In this document: piece after piece, positions 63,825-64,000 of the stretch
Numbering within the stretch: the stretch's first letter is position 1
How the letters are laid out: every line of letters begins with the position of its first letter
Virus record (IMG/VR): IMGVR_UViG_3300028610_001314
Length of the DNA stretch: 64,000 nt
Origin: a virus
Strand: one strand, 5' to 3'
Notes under the pieces: generated by a model
The model's input: only the letters and a program-made list of their open reading frames with translations
Told to the model about the DNA's origin: nothing
The model's database searches: none
Translations under genes and position numbers: made by a program

Positions 63825-64000
63825 ATGCCAACGGGATACACAGCAGCAATAGCAGATGGAATATCGTTTAATGATTTTATCATGAAATGCGCTCGGGCTA
63901 TGGGAGCTTGTATTATGATGAGGGATGAATCGGTAGATGCAGAGATTCCCCAAAAGTTTGAACCAAGTGATTATCACAAGAAAGCCCTTGAAACTACCAG
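63825..64000 (+). CDS. Conserved phage protein, truncated by window end
   Basis: MPTGYTAAI.DG.SF..F...CARA.GA.I.MRD; AGGAG RBS; no stop before 64000. Confidence 0.7.
   Translation, partial: MPTGYTAAIADGISFNDFIMKCARAMGACIMMRDESVDAEIPQKFEPSDYHKKALETT

Noticed and set aside
1-64000. Diversity-generating retroelement, retron or CRISPR array
   Set aside because: No reverse transcriptase motifs, no TR/VR pair differing at adenines, no regularly spaced repeat-spacer array seen.
63825-64000. Window ends join directly into a 64,000-bp circle
   Set aside because: The join happens to stay open for 21 codons, but there is no terminal overlap and the family at 63825 is normally longer; more sequence is probably missing.

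Overview
The window is most of a tailed dsDNA phage genome with a podovirus-like virion module. No host genes, rRNA, tRNA, CRISPR array, integrase or CI-type repressor were seen. Four transcription blocks: (1) + strand recombination/helicase genes at both edges (57855-64000 and 1-2918), suggesting a circularly permuted genome somewhat larger than the window; (2) a long - strand block (49763 down to 2902) with TerS, HNH, DNA methyltransferase, many small accessory genes, a Tad1 anti-defence homologue coupled to TerL, portal, scaffold, major capsid, beta-helix proteins, sulfotransferase, adaptor, SpeD, a sigma-like factor, nozzle, ejection proteins (LPD38), tail proteins and lysis genes; (3) a + strand early cassette (50226-53862) of small ORFs separated by long hairpins and containing a PAPS-reductase-family gene; (4) a - strand replication cassette (Cro-like HTH, initiator, DnaB, DUF1064). 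Most notable: a Rad50/SbcC-like ATPase split at its zinc hook into two genes; a strong terminator leader directly before the portal, with CTAAY-loop hairpins recurring along the late operon; tad1-terL coupling; an A11 slippery tract in terS; an in-frame TAA in a holin-like gene; a homing endonuclease flanked by a duplicated gene start; a SpeD plus sigma-factor insert; a five-module beta-helix protein; and several compact structured-RNA candidates. All family assignments come from motif recognition by eye; no searches were run.
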